A stretch of DNA of 64,000 nt from an uncultured Acidobacteriaceae bacterium (lineage in GTDB: Bacteria > Acidobacteriota > Terriglobia > Terriglobales > Acidobacteriaceae), in contig CAVRCM010000003.1 of the NCBI GenBank assembly GCA_963719585.1, positions 1,012,721 through 1,076,720 of the forward strand. Direction: 5' to 3'. This document shows, piece by piece, positions 30,164 through 41,049 of this stretch (position 1 is the stretch's first letter; each line of letters begins with the position of its first letter). Both the position numbers and the translations under genes were made by a program. The notes below the pieces were generated by a model that saw only the letters and a program-made list of their open reading frames with translations, made no database searches and was not told the origin of the DNA.

Positions 30164-30898
30164 ATGCAGGCTGCGCCTTCGTTGACGGGAGATGAGCTCG
30201 ACGCTCTACGCCAATTCGATACCTGCACGGTGGCGAATGCGATCGAGTCGTTTAATGTCAGGCTCCGTAACACGGGCTTTACCGACGCTCGCATCCGTTG
30301 CATGTTCGAGGACGCACCATCCACCGTCGGTTACGCGGCAACCGCCCATTTGCGCAGCGGAGAGCCGCCAATCGGCGGCGGCACATTCCATGACCGCGCC
30401 GATTTCTGGAATAGCATTCTCGAAATTCCCGCCCCACGCATTCTGGTCCTGGAGGATATGGACACTCATCCCGGACGAGGCGCTTTTGTGGGAGACATGC
30501 ATGCTGCCATCTTGCAGGCTCTGGGTTGCGTCGCCTACGTCACGAATGGCGCCGTGCGCGAATTGCCTTCCGTCCGCAAAATGGGATTTCAGCTGTTCGC
30601 CGGGAGCGTAGCCGTTTCTCACGCCTACGCCCATATCTTTGAGATTGGGACGCGAGTCACCGTGGCGGGGATGGACGTGCGGCCGGGGGATTTATTGCAC
30701 GGCGACCGGCACGGAATTCTTACCGTACCGCCTGAAATTGCGCCGTGCATTCCCGCCGCGGCAGATCGAATGCAACAGGCGGAGCAGGAAATAATCCGTT
30801 TTTGCCAATCCGAGGATTTTTCCGTCGCGAAATTAGGCGAGATCATGAACAGACGCTTGAGGAAGCGAAACGCGAATGAGGCGAGGACAATTCGATGA
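30164..30898 (+). CDS. RraA family protein (RNase E regulator A / HMG-aldolase-like fold)
   Basis: LRQFDTCTVANAIE, RILVLEDMDTHPGRGAFVGDMHAAILQALG, and GDLLHGDRHGILTVP. ATG 30164 follows GAAAGGAA. Its stop overlaps the next ATG (ATGA). Confidence 0.75.
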   Translation: MQAAPSLTGDELDALRQFDTCTVANAIESFNVRLRNTGFTDARIRCMFEDAPSTVGYAATAHLRSGEPPIGGGTFHDRADFWNSILEIPAPRILVLEDMDTHPGRGAFVGDMHAAILQALGCVAYVTNGAVRELPSVRKMGFQLFAGSVAVSHAYAHIFEIGTRVTVAGMDVRPGDLLHGDRHGILTVPPEIAPCIPAAADRMQQAEQEIIRFCQSEDFSVAKLGEIMNRRLRKRNANEARTIR

Positions 30899-32170
30899 TG
30901 GAAGCCTGCATTCGATTCGTTAAGCGGCCGCTCCGCCCTTCGATGCCGTTGCTTTCCTGCCTCCTTGCCAGCATGGTGGCCGCAACGGCGGTGTTGTCAT
31001 CCTGCTCAGGCAGCCGCGATGAGCGGGTGCAGGCGAGCACGGAGGTGCCTACAGTCGGAGTGACAAACGTAGTGAAAAAATCTCTCAGCCAGCGACTTAC
31101 CTTATCTTCCGAACTGGTGCCCTTCCAGGAAATCGATGTCTACGCTAAGGAATCAGGCTTCGTACAAAAACTGAATGTCGATTACGGAACTCACGTGAAG
31201 ACCGGCCAGGTGATGGCAGTTCTTGAAATTCCGGAGCTGCAGGCGCAACTCCAGGAAGATGAGGCGGAGATCAAAAATGCAGCAAACCAAGTGACCCGGG
31301 CGCGGAACGAACTATCTCGTTACGAAGCACAGTATAAAGCACTGCACCTGGAATACACGCGTTTGAATGGAGTCTTTCAAAGCCAGCCCGGAATTGTGGC
31401 GCAGCAAGAAGTGGACGACGCTCAGGGCAAGGATCTCGCGGCGTCGTCTCAAGTAGACGCCGGCCAGGCAGCCCTGGAAGCGGCGCAGAGCCAGATGGGC
31501 GCGACTAAGGCGAAGTTGGTTCACGACCAAAGTCTGTTCGATTATTCGAAAATCACAGCGCCGTTTGCCGGAGTGGTAACCGAGCGTTATGCGAACCTCG
31601 GCACACTGGTGCAAGCGGGAACCGGTTCGAGTACTCAGGCCATGCCCATCGTCCGCCTGTCCGAAGACGATCTATTCCGGCTGGTGATTCCAGTGCCGGA
31701 GTCCTATGTTCGATATATCAAAGTGGGCGATCCCGTGGACGTTCATGTGCCTTCACTGGATCGCACTTTTCCCGGCAAGGTAGCGCGCTTTTCCGTAGAT
31801 GTGCGGGAAGACACTCGCACCATGCACACCGAGGTGGATGTTTCCAATCCGCAACGCATCTTGCTGCCCGGCCTCTATGCGGAAGCAAAGTTAAATCTTG
31901 AACAAGAACACGATGTTCCCACCGTGCCGATCCAGGCTTTAAACCACGAAGGCGAGAGAATCACCGTTCTCGTGGTTGACGGGAACGGCGCCTTGGAAGA
32001 GCGGACTGTGCAGGTAGGTCTCCAGACCGCAAGCGATGCCGAAATTCTCTCGGGATTGAACCGCGGGTGAGCAGGTCGTTGTCAGTGATCGCAGTGGGCT
32101 AAAGCCGGGAGAAAAAGTTCAGGCGCGGGAAGTGGCCATGATGCAGTACCACGAGGACAATACGCAGTAA
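30895..32170 (+). pseudogene. Efflux RND periplasmic adaptor (MFP/HlyD family) lipoprotein; frame break near 32058-32068
   Basis: Lipobox VLSSCSG, then coiled-coil and barrel-sandwich motifs (ITAPFAGVVTERYANLGTLV). After ILSGLN the natural C-terminus GEQVVVSDRSGLKPGEKVQAREV...NTQ* is in the next frame (stop 32168-32170). Confidence 0.85.
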
Positions 32171-32217
32171 TCCGCAGACCGCTCTAGCCAGCTCTGCGGC
32201 GCAACTGGACAAACATT

Positions 32218-35200
32218 ATGCCAGGGTTTTCGATTCGCAATCCGTACTTCATCGTCGTGATCTGCCTGACACTTCTGGTCATCGGCGTGACCAGCCTGGC
32301 GCGGATGCCGGTGGATTTGTTCCCTCCGATCAATCTGCCCGAAGTCGTAGTGGCCACCTTCTACACGGGAATGCCGCCCGAGGATATTGAAACCGACATC
32401 ACTGATCCTCTGGAACGCTTCTTTACTCTGGCATCCGGCGTCGACCACATGGAATCGCGCTCCATGTTAGGCGTCAGCATTATCCGCGTTTACTTCCAAC
32501 CGGGAACCAGCGCAGATGCCGACGTAAGCCAGCTGTCGAACCTGGCGCTCGCCGACTTGAAGCGTTTGCCCCCGGGGACTCTGCCTCCCGTGGTCCTCAA
32601 GTTCGACGCTTCCAGTCTTCCCGTGGCGCTGGTTACCGTGAAAGGCGAAGGACTCAGCGAAACTCAACTTCACGATTACGCTCAGTTTCAGATTCGCAAC
32701 CAGATCGCAGTCGTTCCCGGCGCGGAAATTCCAGGCGTATTCGGTGGAATCTACCGCCAGGTCATGGTCTACGTCGACCCCTACAAACTGGAGTCCCGTC
32801 AACTTAGCGTGATGGACGTGGTCAGTGCGGTCAATGATGCCAATCTGATTCTGCCCGCTGGCGACGTAAAAATGGGGCCCTACGATTACTTCGTTTACTC
32901 CAACAGCCTGGTCGACAACATGAAGCAACTGGGAGAGGTTCCGATCAAGGTAAAGGGCCACTCCTGGGTAACGGTCAATGACGTTGGAAAAGCGGAAGAT
33001 GCTCACGGAATTCAAACCAACATTGTGCGGATCGATGGCCAGCGATCTGCCTATATTCCGATTATGAAGCAGGGCGGCGATACCAACACCATCGCCGTCG
33101 TCGATGGCGTCCGCCAACTTATCAAGCACTTATACGATATTCCCCAGCAGATGAAGACCAGCGTTGTTTTTGACCAGTCAGTGTTTGTGAAGGAGGCAAT
33201 TCGCACGGTATTGCATGAAGGCGCGTTGGGTTTGATTCTTACCAGCTTGATGATTCTCATTTTTCTGGGAAGTTTTCGCGCGACGACGGCGGTATTGCTG
33301 TCCATTCCTTTGTCCGCGCTGGCCGCATTTGTGGTGCTGGCCTTAATGGGCGGGACGATCAATACAATGATCCTGGGCGGAATGGCACTGGCATTCTCCC
33401 GCGTAATCGATAATTCTGTCATTTCGCTGGAGAACATTTACCGCCATCTGGAGATGGGCGCCGCGCCCATGATTGCCGCGGAGGTCGGCGGCCAGGAGGT
33501 AAACCTGGCGGTGTTGGCCGCCACTCTGGTCGATGTGGTCGATTTCTTCCCCGTCGTTTTTCTTTATGGCGTGGCCAAGTTTCTCTTTTCCGCATTGGCG
33601 CTGGCATTTTGCTTGTCTCTGCTGGCTTCGTTTGTCGTAGCGATGACAGTGATCCCCTTATTTTGCTCGCGCTTCTTGAAGGCCGTACATCACGTCCCGG
33701 AGCATACAAAAAAGGACGATGAGTATGAAGTCGAACCAACCGCCCCGCAGAGTCAATCCTGGATGGACCGGTTCAACGCCCGCTTCAACCGCATGTTCAA
33801 CAAACTCCTCGATTACTACGAACACTGGGTGAGACGAGCGTTGGTGCGTCCGGGACTTACTGTCGCGATTTTAAGCTGCGTGTTTCTGGCAAGCTTGGCA
33901 ATTTATCCATTGTTAGGCTTGGCATTTTTCCCCAAGACGGACGCTGGTCAGTTCACCATCAACATGAAAGTTCCCACCGGCACCCGGATTGAGATGGCCA
34001 ACCAATACGTGGCCAAGGTGGAAGATCTGATTCGCCACGAAGTTGAACCAAAAGATTTCAAACGCATTGTGTCCAACATCGGCGTAGTTCCTGATTTTTC
34101 CTCGCTCTACACCACCAACTCTGGCCCTTACACCGCAACCGTCCAGGTAGCTTTGAATGAACCGCACCGGCTCAGCAGCTTCGAATATATGGATCGGGTG
34201 CAGAAGGCGATGGCCAGCCAGTTCCCCGATGTTCGCACATTTTTTTCCAGTGGTTCGATGGTCGATGCCATTTTGAATTCTGGCGCGCCGGCTCCCATCG
34301 ATGTGCAGGTCAGCAGCCCTGATCTGGATCAGATCTACGGCATCGCGCAGCATTTGGCTGCTCGCATTCGAGAGGTGCATGGCGTCGGCCAGGTCTTCAT
34401 CCCGCAGGATATGAATTATCCGGCTCTGCGGCTCGACGTAGACCGCGTGCACGCCGGTGAGTTAGGACTGACGCAAAAAGACGTGGTCGATAACGTGATC
34501 ACTGCGCTCAATTCCAATTACATGATCGCCCCCAATTATTGGGTGGATCGCAAAAGCGGAAACGACTATTACCTCACTGTCCAATATTTCGAACATGGTG
34601 ATGCGGCCATTCATAACATGGCCGACTTGGGACAGATTCCGCTACGCGATCCGGGAAGCGGAGCGGGAATGACCTGCGGTCCCAGTCGGCCCGCCCCAGC
34701 CCGGTACCGGCCACTCTTCATGGGCGTGTCTTGGGCCGGGCAGGCCGACGACGGTGCTCAAGAATGTCGTCGACGTAAAGCAGATTTTGACTCCGACTGA
34801 AGTGGATCACTATCAGATCCAGCGAGCCGTCGACATCTTTGTTACTCCCAACGGAGAAGACCTTGGACGCGTGACCAGCGCCATTCGAGACATTCTTGCC
34901 AAAGAAAAGTCGATCCCCTCCAACGTGCGCGTACATCTCCGCGGGATGGTGCAGGGCATGGAGGCCTCATTCAAGAGCTTTGCCTTCGGCTTCCTGATTT
35001 CTTTTCTCCTGCTGTTCCTCATCCTGACCGCGCAGTTCAAGTCATTCATCGATCCTTTTCTGATCATGCTCGCAATCCCGATGGGTTTTGTCGGTGTGCT
35101 GATCATACTGCCGCTCACTCACGCCACATTGAATGTCATGTCTTTGATGGGGGTGCTGATGCTGGTTGGTATTGCCGACTCGAACAGCATTCTGATCGTT

Positions 35201-35503
35201 GACTTCGCTCACAACCTTGAGCGCCAGGGACTAGCTCCGGCAGACGCAGTGATCACCGCCTGCCGGGTGCGTCTGCGACCGATTCTAATGACCTCTCTGG
35301 CAACCATTATCGGAATGATTCCAATGGCGCTGAAACTGGGTACTGGCGCGGAACAGTATGCCCCCATGGCGAAGGCCATCATCGGAGGGTTGACCTCTTC
35401 CGTGGTGCTGACCATCTTCATCGTGCCCGCGGCTTATTTGCTGGTATACGGCAAAAAGAATCCGCAAACCGCGGCAACTCCGCAGACGGAGCCAGCGAAA
35501 TAA
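32218..35503 (+). pseudogene. RND efflux permease (AcrB/HAE family); one or two frame breaks between ~34640 and 34760
   Basis: MPGFSIRNPYFIVVICLTLLVIGV and 12-TM RND organisation. ORF 32218 decays into non-homologous sequence after LGQIPLRD. ORF 34754 resumes with TEVDHYQIQRAVDIFV...MSLMGVLMLVGIADSNSILIVDF. Confidence 0.9.
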
Positions 35504-35581
35504 TGAGAAACGAGAACGTCACGATCGCTTGAACCGCTCAGGGACTCCGGCGCCACTTCCATCAGAAGATCGAGAGGCGCG

Positions 35582-37109
35582 ATGCCAGGAGCTCGATAAC
35601 CAGGAGCAATAATTTCATCCCTTGTGCGCTGGTAGCGTTATGGGTGATTATGCCGCACAGTAGCCTCGCGCAGACGCCTGACCCGCCGCGCCCAGTCGAA
35701 AATCTACCCTCCGCTCCGCAACCGCAGTCGGCACACCAAACGCAGCCTATTGCCGTGCCTCCCGGAGCGCAGGCAACGCTGATAGTCAGCTTTCCTCGCG
35801 GTCCGCTGGATTGCAAACGGGTATCTTCCGCCGATCCACAAGCGGCGCAGGCCGTTCGCGACGCCCGCTGGCCCATTCGTTTAACCCGCACCGAGGCCGA
35901 GCAGATAGCCCTGAAGAACAATCCTCGAATCAGCGTCGGGAAAATTGCTCGCGCTGGCACAACACCAGGTCTATCGCGAGACCAGGGCAGCCGAACTCCC
36001 TAACTTTAACGGCGCGGTTACCGCAGTCGATGCCAACGAAGGCAGCCGCATCGGCGCTGGGTCCCTCACTGCTTCGCGCGTGCTTGAGCATGCTGGCGCC
36101 GGGGTCATTCTCAGCCAGCTGATCACGGATTTTGGCAGGACCATGAATCTCGTGTCCTCGGCAAAGCTTCAGGAAAAGGCCCAGAACGCCAACGCGCTCG
36201 CCACAACCGAAGACATCGTTTTGGCAACCGACCAGGCCTTCTACAATGCGCTGAGGCCCAGGCTCTGCTCAAAGTTGCGCAACAAACCGTGACCACTCGA
36301 GGGTCGGTTCAACATCAAATCGATGAACTTACGAAGAAGTAAGCTGAAATCCACTCTGGACTTATCATTTGCCGAAGTGAACTTGTCGCAGGCCAAACTG
36401 CTGCAACTCGATGCGCGAAAATAATGTCGATTCCACCATCGCCGCCCTCACGGCGATTCTCGGATTCGATAAGCAGAGTCTAGATATGAATTGACCGAAG
36501 AAGAAACACAGCTTCCGTCGCCGCCCCCTGATCTCGACGTGCTCATCAATACTGCATTGCAGCAACGTCCCGACTTGCAGGCTCTCACTTATAATCAACA
36601 GGCGGCGGAAAAATTTCATCGCGCCCAGCGCGATCAGCTCTTGCCTACTATCAGCGCTCTCGGCATAGCCGGAGTCACTCCCGTCCGTCCTGACTGCTTC
36701 GGTGGTTGTTTGCTCTTCCAACTATTTCATTTCCAGCTGGTATGGCGCCATCGGCGTAAACATGAACGTCCCTATCTTTAACGGTTTTCTTTTCACTGCG
36801 GAAGCTTCAGAGGCAAAATACAGGGCGAAAGCGGCAACCGAAAATACCCGAGATTTGCGGGACCGGGTGGTGCGTGATGTTCGCACCGCGTGGCTATCGG
36901 CGAATACGGCTTTTCAGCGCGTCGGCGTGGAAGCCGAACTCGCCAAGGAAGCTGATCTGGGATTGAGTCTCGCCCACGGTCGTTATCAGTTGGGGTTAGG
37001 TTCTATCGTCGAACTCAGCCAGGCCCAACTGAACCAAACCGATGCGGCGATTGGTTATGTCAACGCTCAGTATCAGTACCGGCTCGTCTCTCTCAACATT
37101 AAACTTTGA
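35582..37109 (+). pseudogene. TolC-family outer-membrane efflux protein, at least 5 disruptions
   Basis: TolC-like pieces are scattered over three frames. They include LTRTEAEQIALKNNPRI, ARAQHQVYRETRAAELPNFNG, LITDFGRTMNLV, LKSTLDLSFAEVNLSQAKLLQLDAR, ALQQRPDLQAL, YGAIGVNMNVPIFNGF and AQYQYRLVSLNIKL*. The start is uncertain. Confidence 0.8.
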
Positions 37110-37414
37110 AATGGGAGTTAAGCCGTAAGACTGCGCTGGGATTGACGCAGGACAATCCAGGCCTAGGCTGTTTCAAATATGCTTCCCTTTTGCCTTTATT
37201 TCGTCGCCAGCGTGATCACCGGCTTTCACGTCTACCCTTGCTCGCTCTGACTTTATATGGTGCGCCCTTTAATCCTCTGGAGCTTGTTTCTTTGTTCGGT
37301 TCTTTTCTTCTTCTGATTGCCGCTTGCATCAGCCTGTTTCGTCCCTATGCCGCCGCTAGAGTTGCACTGATCGGCTGCTTGTTGATTTGGTCTTTTATGC
37401 GCCCGCGACCGTAA
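37106..37414 (+). CDS. Hypothetical small membrane protein (possibly frame-broken)
   Basis: The C-terminal half is hydrophobic (LVSLFGSFLLLIAACISLF, VALIGCLLIW). An alternative ATG at 37179 in another frame also encodes a TM segment. Weak call. Confidence 0.25.
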   Translation: MKWELSRKTALGLTQDNPGLGCFKYASLLPLFRRQRDHRLSRLPLLALTLYGAPFNPLELVSLFGSFLLLIAACISLFRPYAAARVALIGCLLIWSFMRPRP

Positions 37415-37665
37415 CCTGGTGCGGCATGGGTTTCATAGGCACAAGGTCGTCTCCTGCAACCATCAAATCGGATGGGACGCGACTCCTCGATTAATCGCTG
37501 ATGATACTGCCATTCGTAGCTCTCGCTTTCTCGCGTTCGTTACCGTATATTCCGCAATCGTAAGTTCAGAAAAACCGAAGGCGTTGCGCCCAGTTGGATT
37601 TTCCCAAACGTCGCGAAACGGTCGGCACAAATCGTAGTCGGAATTCTCGCTTCTCGCTCTTTTGA

Positions 37666-38072
37666 TTGCGTTCCCAATCTGGCTCGGCTTTGGCGTTCGG
37701 TCATGAAAGCCTTCGCTCTTCGCGATTTTTGATTCCCGAAAACTACACAGGTTGGGTCCGCGTCGAATTCGACGTGCAAGGCGCTCCTCCATTGCCCATG
37801 GATCACGGCGAATACACCATTGAAATTCCTTCAGGCGGAATATTGCGAACTTCTTCGGCTGAACAATATGGATGGGCGCACGATCGATACTATTACTACT
37901 CTGGCCAGACGATGCACTCGCTTTCAGATTCCGGGGAAGGCCGCGATGATCTGGGGAAAACTCAACGGAGAAGCTGCCGGCAAATCAGGTAAACAAAAGT
38001 ATGAGGAGTTTTTCGTCGGAACCGCTCGAGCAGTTCAAGGATCAAGGCAAAGAAAAACATCCTTCTCCATAA
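37666..38072 (+). pseudogene. Conserved hypothetical (FLIPENYTGWVRVEF...GAPPLP family, DUF6843-like by memory); at least 2 frame breaks
   Basis: RFLIPENYTGWVRVEFDVQGAPPLPMDHGEYTIEIPSGGILRTSSAEQYGWAHDRYYYYSG, then MIWGKLNGEA...EEFFVGT in a second frame and EQFKDQGKEKHPSP* in a third. A TM helix sits upstream in yet another frame. Confidence 0.4.
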
Positions 38073-38107
38073 CGCGGGACCGCGAAGCCGCTATCGCCCA
38101 TCACGCA

Positions 38108-38957
38108 TCAGAAAAGCAAGCGTGAAGTCAGCACGAGCCCATGATTGTAAGTGTGGAATTGCGAAGTCGCAATCTGCATGCCACCGCCAAAGATCAACCC
38201 GAGCCGGTTACGGGGGTCGCGCTGCAGTTTGAAGTTGCTCAGCATCAATCCCGGTGTCACAAAATTCTGCACGTGGCCGTCATTCGTTCCGCCGTGATAG
38301 AAAGTTGCATTGCTCTCGATCTCCGGCCAGAGGAATTTGATGAGGTGATACTGCGCCACCGTATTCCAGGCCACTACACGACCTAGTTTTGCCGAGTAAC
38401 CTGCGGGCAGACCACGCCAATACTCGATTGCACATCAAACCTTCGAAAACCTTTGCCCCCACAAACAATCGGAGTAACGGTCGAGGCCAGGCTTCCGTTC
38501 TTATAGCTGCCGGTGGGCAATGTGCCTGTCAGAGAAACACTCAACGAATAATTACCGCCCTCTTCATTGGCTGCAACCACGCGGTACTTCAGCAGCATGG
38601 AAAAGTCACCAAAGCCATCCACCGCTTTCGAATTGTGCTGGATATATGGCGGAGCCAGCGCATCGAATTCCAGGTTGTACCAGGGCACCAGACTAACGCC
38701 CTTCCCGTTGTCATAGTTCCAGGTGTCGGTACCCGCCGGCGCAATCTGCCGGACAACATCCGTCCGCGCCACCTGCAACAATCCCGACGACGCCGTCACC
38801 AGAGGAATTGGCCAGGAAGGCTGCTGCGCCAGCGTGCTGCGCACACGATCTTCCCAGTTTGTGAAGAAACTCGAGCGACTGGCTCTGCCCTGCGCACAGC
38901 GAACTTCCACCCAACCGCGCTACAGCGCACACACAACACCAGCAGTCTCTTGAAGAT
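38108..38957 (-). pseudogene. Outer-membrane beta-barrel protein (MetA-pathway/phenol-degradation-like transporter family); at least 2 frame breaks (~38425, ~38900)
   Basis: Signal peptide VIFKRLLVLCV in one frame. A second frame carries PSWPIPLVTASSGLLQ...DGFGDFSMLLKYRV...GGKGFRRFDVQSS. A third carries YWRGLPAGYSAKLGRVVAWNTVAQYH...GGGMQIATSQFHTYNHGLVLTSRLLF* (terminal Phe). Confidence 0.6.
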
Positions 38958-39570
38958 CACAGCGCCTCCCGACTGATACTCAAGCGATAAAGCTTGACCT
39001 TTATTTTTGTTGGAACCCCGTGCAACCCCACACGAAAGAGTTCCAACTTTTTAACGGTTGTGTCGGGAAGTGTCGATAATCGGAATCAACTAGAGCCGGG
39101 AATACCAATCCAGTTTATTTCTGGCTATCTGCGCTCTAAATGTTTGATCGACAAGCAGGCTCGCGCAATGCGACCAGCGGTTATAAACCATGCATGCGAT
39201 TTGCAGTAGGCAGAAATGTCGCGCCAGTTACCATCCGGCGGGGCGATCGGAGGCCCTTCGAATGAACGGATTTCCGCACTCAGCACTTTAATCTGAAGTG
39301 GCGACTCCTTCGACGGGGCACTCGCGGCCGCTACTAATAAAAGAGTGAGGACACAAGATTTGGCGCGGAACAGAATCCTCCTCGGCCCCGACTATGGAGA
39401 TGTTGCGAACGCGGCTGTGGTTGGCTATGCGATTCGAAACACCACGTCCCATTTGTCGCTCATGGATTAAAGAAAACCTCAAACCACCTCCCGCCCGCAT
39501 CTAATTATGAAAGCCTTGCAAGAAACATGGGCCGCACGACCAGCGCACAGGCTTTGTCGGGAGAACAGCC

Positions 39571-40512
39571 ATGTACAAACTTTCTTTTCTATCGTGTATC
39601 GCAGTCGCTATGAGCGTTTTCTTGCCCACCCTCCTTCCAGCCCAAGAAGCGAACGCGCCGTCGGCGTCAGCCCGTTTGCTGGTGACGGTCGAAGCGCTTC
39701 ACGGCAAGGATGTACCCGAAGTCACGCGTCCGGATGTGATCGTGTTCGAAGGCCGGGACCGTGACGAAGTTAGCAATTGGGTGCCTGCGCAAGGAGACAA
39801 CGCAGCGCTCGAACTTTTCATTCTTCTTGATGATGGATCCACCGCGAGTCTCGGGTCTCAACTGAACGAGCTTCGCCAATTTATCAACTCTCAGCCGGAA
39901 TCGACCAAGGTCGGAGTTGCCTACATGCAGAACGGGATCGCGAAAGTGCAACAGGGTTTAACTGCCGATCATAATGCGGCAGCGCAATCTCTCAGGCTGC
40001 CCTTGGGTGAGCGCGGAATTAACGGCAGCCCTTATTTTTCTCTCACCGATCTGATCAAGCATTGGCCGCAAACCTCGGCCCGGCGAGAGGTTCTCATGAT
40101 TACGGACGGAATCGATCCCTACTATGGCGGTTGGGATCCACAGGATCCTTATCTCAGTGCCGCCATCGAGGACGCCCAGCGCGCAGGCGTAGTGGTCTTT
40201 GCTATTTACACCCCAGGAGTCGGTCATTTCGATCATAGTTATGGGCGCACCTATTGGGGCCAGATGTATCTTTCGCGGCTCGCCGATGAGACCGGCGGCG
40301 AATCCTATTACATCGGATTCAATGGCCCACCCGTAAGCTTCGACCCTTACCTCGACGATATGGCTGCTCATCTCGCTCATCAGTATTTCTTGACGTTCAT
40401 TCCCAAGCCGCAAAAAACGAGCGGCTGGCGCTCCATAAGATTGAAGACTGAAGTTCCCAACGCAGATTTAGTCTCAGCGGATAAAGTTTACGTCGTCGGC
40501 ATAAATCCCTAG
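39571..40512 (+). CDS. VWA-like secreted protein (acidobacterial VWFA-related domain, TIGR03436-like)
   Basis: A signal peptide, then LELFILLDDGST, REVLMITDGIDPY, AGVVVFAIYTPG, and LADETGGESYY. Confidence 0.75.
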   Translation: MYKLSFLSCIAVAMSVFLPTLLPAQEANAPSASARLLVTVEALHGKDVPEVTRPDVIVFEGRDRDEVSNWVPAQGDNAALELFILLDDGSTASLGSQLNELRQFINSQPESTKVGVAYMQNGIAKVQQGLTADHNAAAQSLRLPLGERGINGSPYFSLTDLIKHWPQTSARREVLMITDGIDPYYGGWDPQDPYLSAAIEDAQRAGVVVFAIYTPGVGHFDHSYGRTYWGQMYLSRLADETGGESYYIGFNGPPVSFDPYLDDMAAHLAHQYFLTFIPKPQKTSGWRSIRLKTEVPNADLVSADKVYVVGINP

Positions 40513-40604
40513 TACGTCTATGCAGAGAGAATGGCGGATTCCGATAGATCAAAGTAAGTAACCAAAATTGTTGCGCGATCATCCTATAGACCAGGGTAAA
40601 GCCG

Positions 40605-40937
40605 ATGTCGCAGGAGCGGCATTTTCGGAGACACAGCCACGCACTCATGTTTCGAGCCGGGCTTGCGTCCGTTGTGCTCTTCGCCCTGCTGAATGCGCGC
40701 GATATCCCTTCGCATTTCCGGCCCACATCGAAAACTCACTCCACCATAACTTCCGATTCTCAGCACGATCAGAGGCCTCGGTTTGACCATCACACTTTGG
40801 ATTGGAACGTTGCAGCACCCACTATCCTGCCGTTTCCTACGTTCGACAAATCGGCGCATCCGACCCCAGCGCCGCAATTATTCTCTACTCTTCAAACCAA
40901 GGGATTTCACTTCAACCGCCCGCCTCCGTTCAGCTGA
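40605..40937 (+). CDS. Small TM-anchored protein ending HFNRPPPFS* (paralogue of 29667-29966); candidate leader/arrest peptide
   Basis: ATG start, TM helix (AGLASVVLFALL) and a Pro/Thr/His-rich linker. It shares landmarks with the 29667 ORF (D-x-RP, W, P-[ST]-F, [YF]NRPPP near the stop). Confidence 0.4.
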   Translation: MSQERHFRRHSHALMFRAGLASVVLFALLNARDIPSHFRPTSKTHSTITSDSQHDQRPRFDHHTLDWNVAAPTILPFPTFDKSAHPTPAPQLFSTLQTKGFHFNRPPPFS

Positions 40938-41049
40938 TCGCCTGGTATTTGAGCCTCAGTCAATCCAACCGTAGCGATTGGCTGACCCTGTCACTTCAGC
41001 AGATACCAACGTGAAGTGGAGCAAATCGAAGACCCTGGGGAGGGACACA

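Noticed and set aside
32467-33129. 220-aa minus-strand ORF inside the RND pump gene
   Set aside because: It is an antisense shadow of an unambiguous AcrB-family gene.
35562-35960. 132-aa minus-strand ORF at the start of the tolC region
   Set aside because: It lies antisense to the recognisable TolC N-terminal segments, and the plus strand explains the region.
39130-39500. A listed 70-aa minus ORF (39288-39500), and an unlisted open stretch (~39130-39390, minus) encoding a signal-peptide-like ILFRAKSCVLTLLLVAAASAPS.. sequence
   Set aside because: The listed ORF has no motifs. The signal-like stretch has no canonical start codon (only ATT/CTG right after a GAGGAGG). It could be another frame-broken small gene, but the evidence is insufficient.
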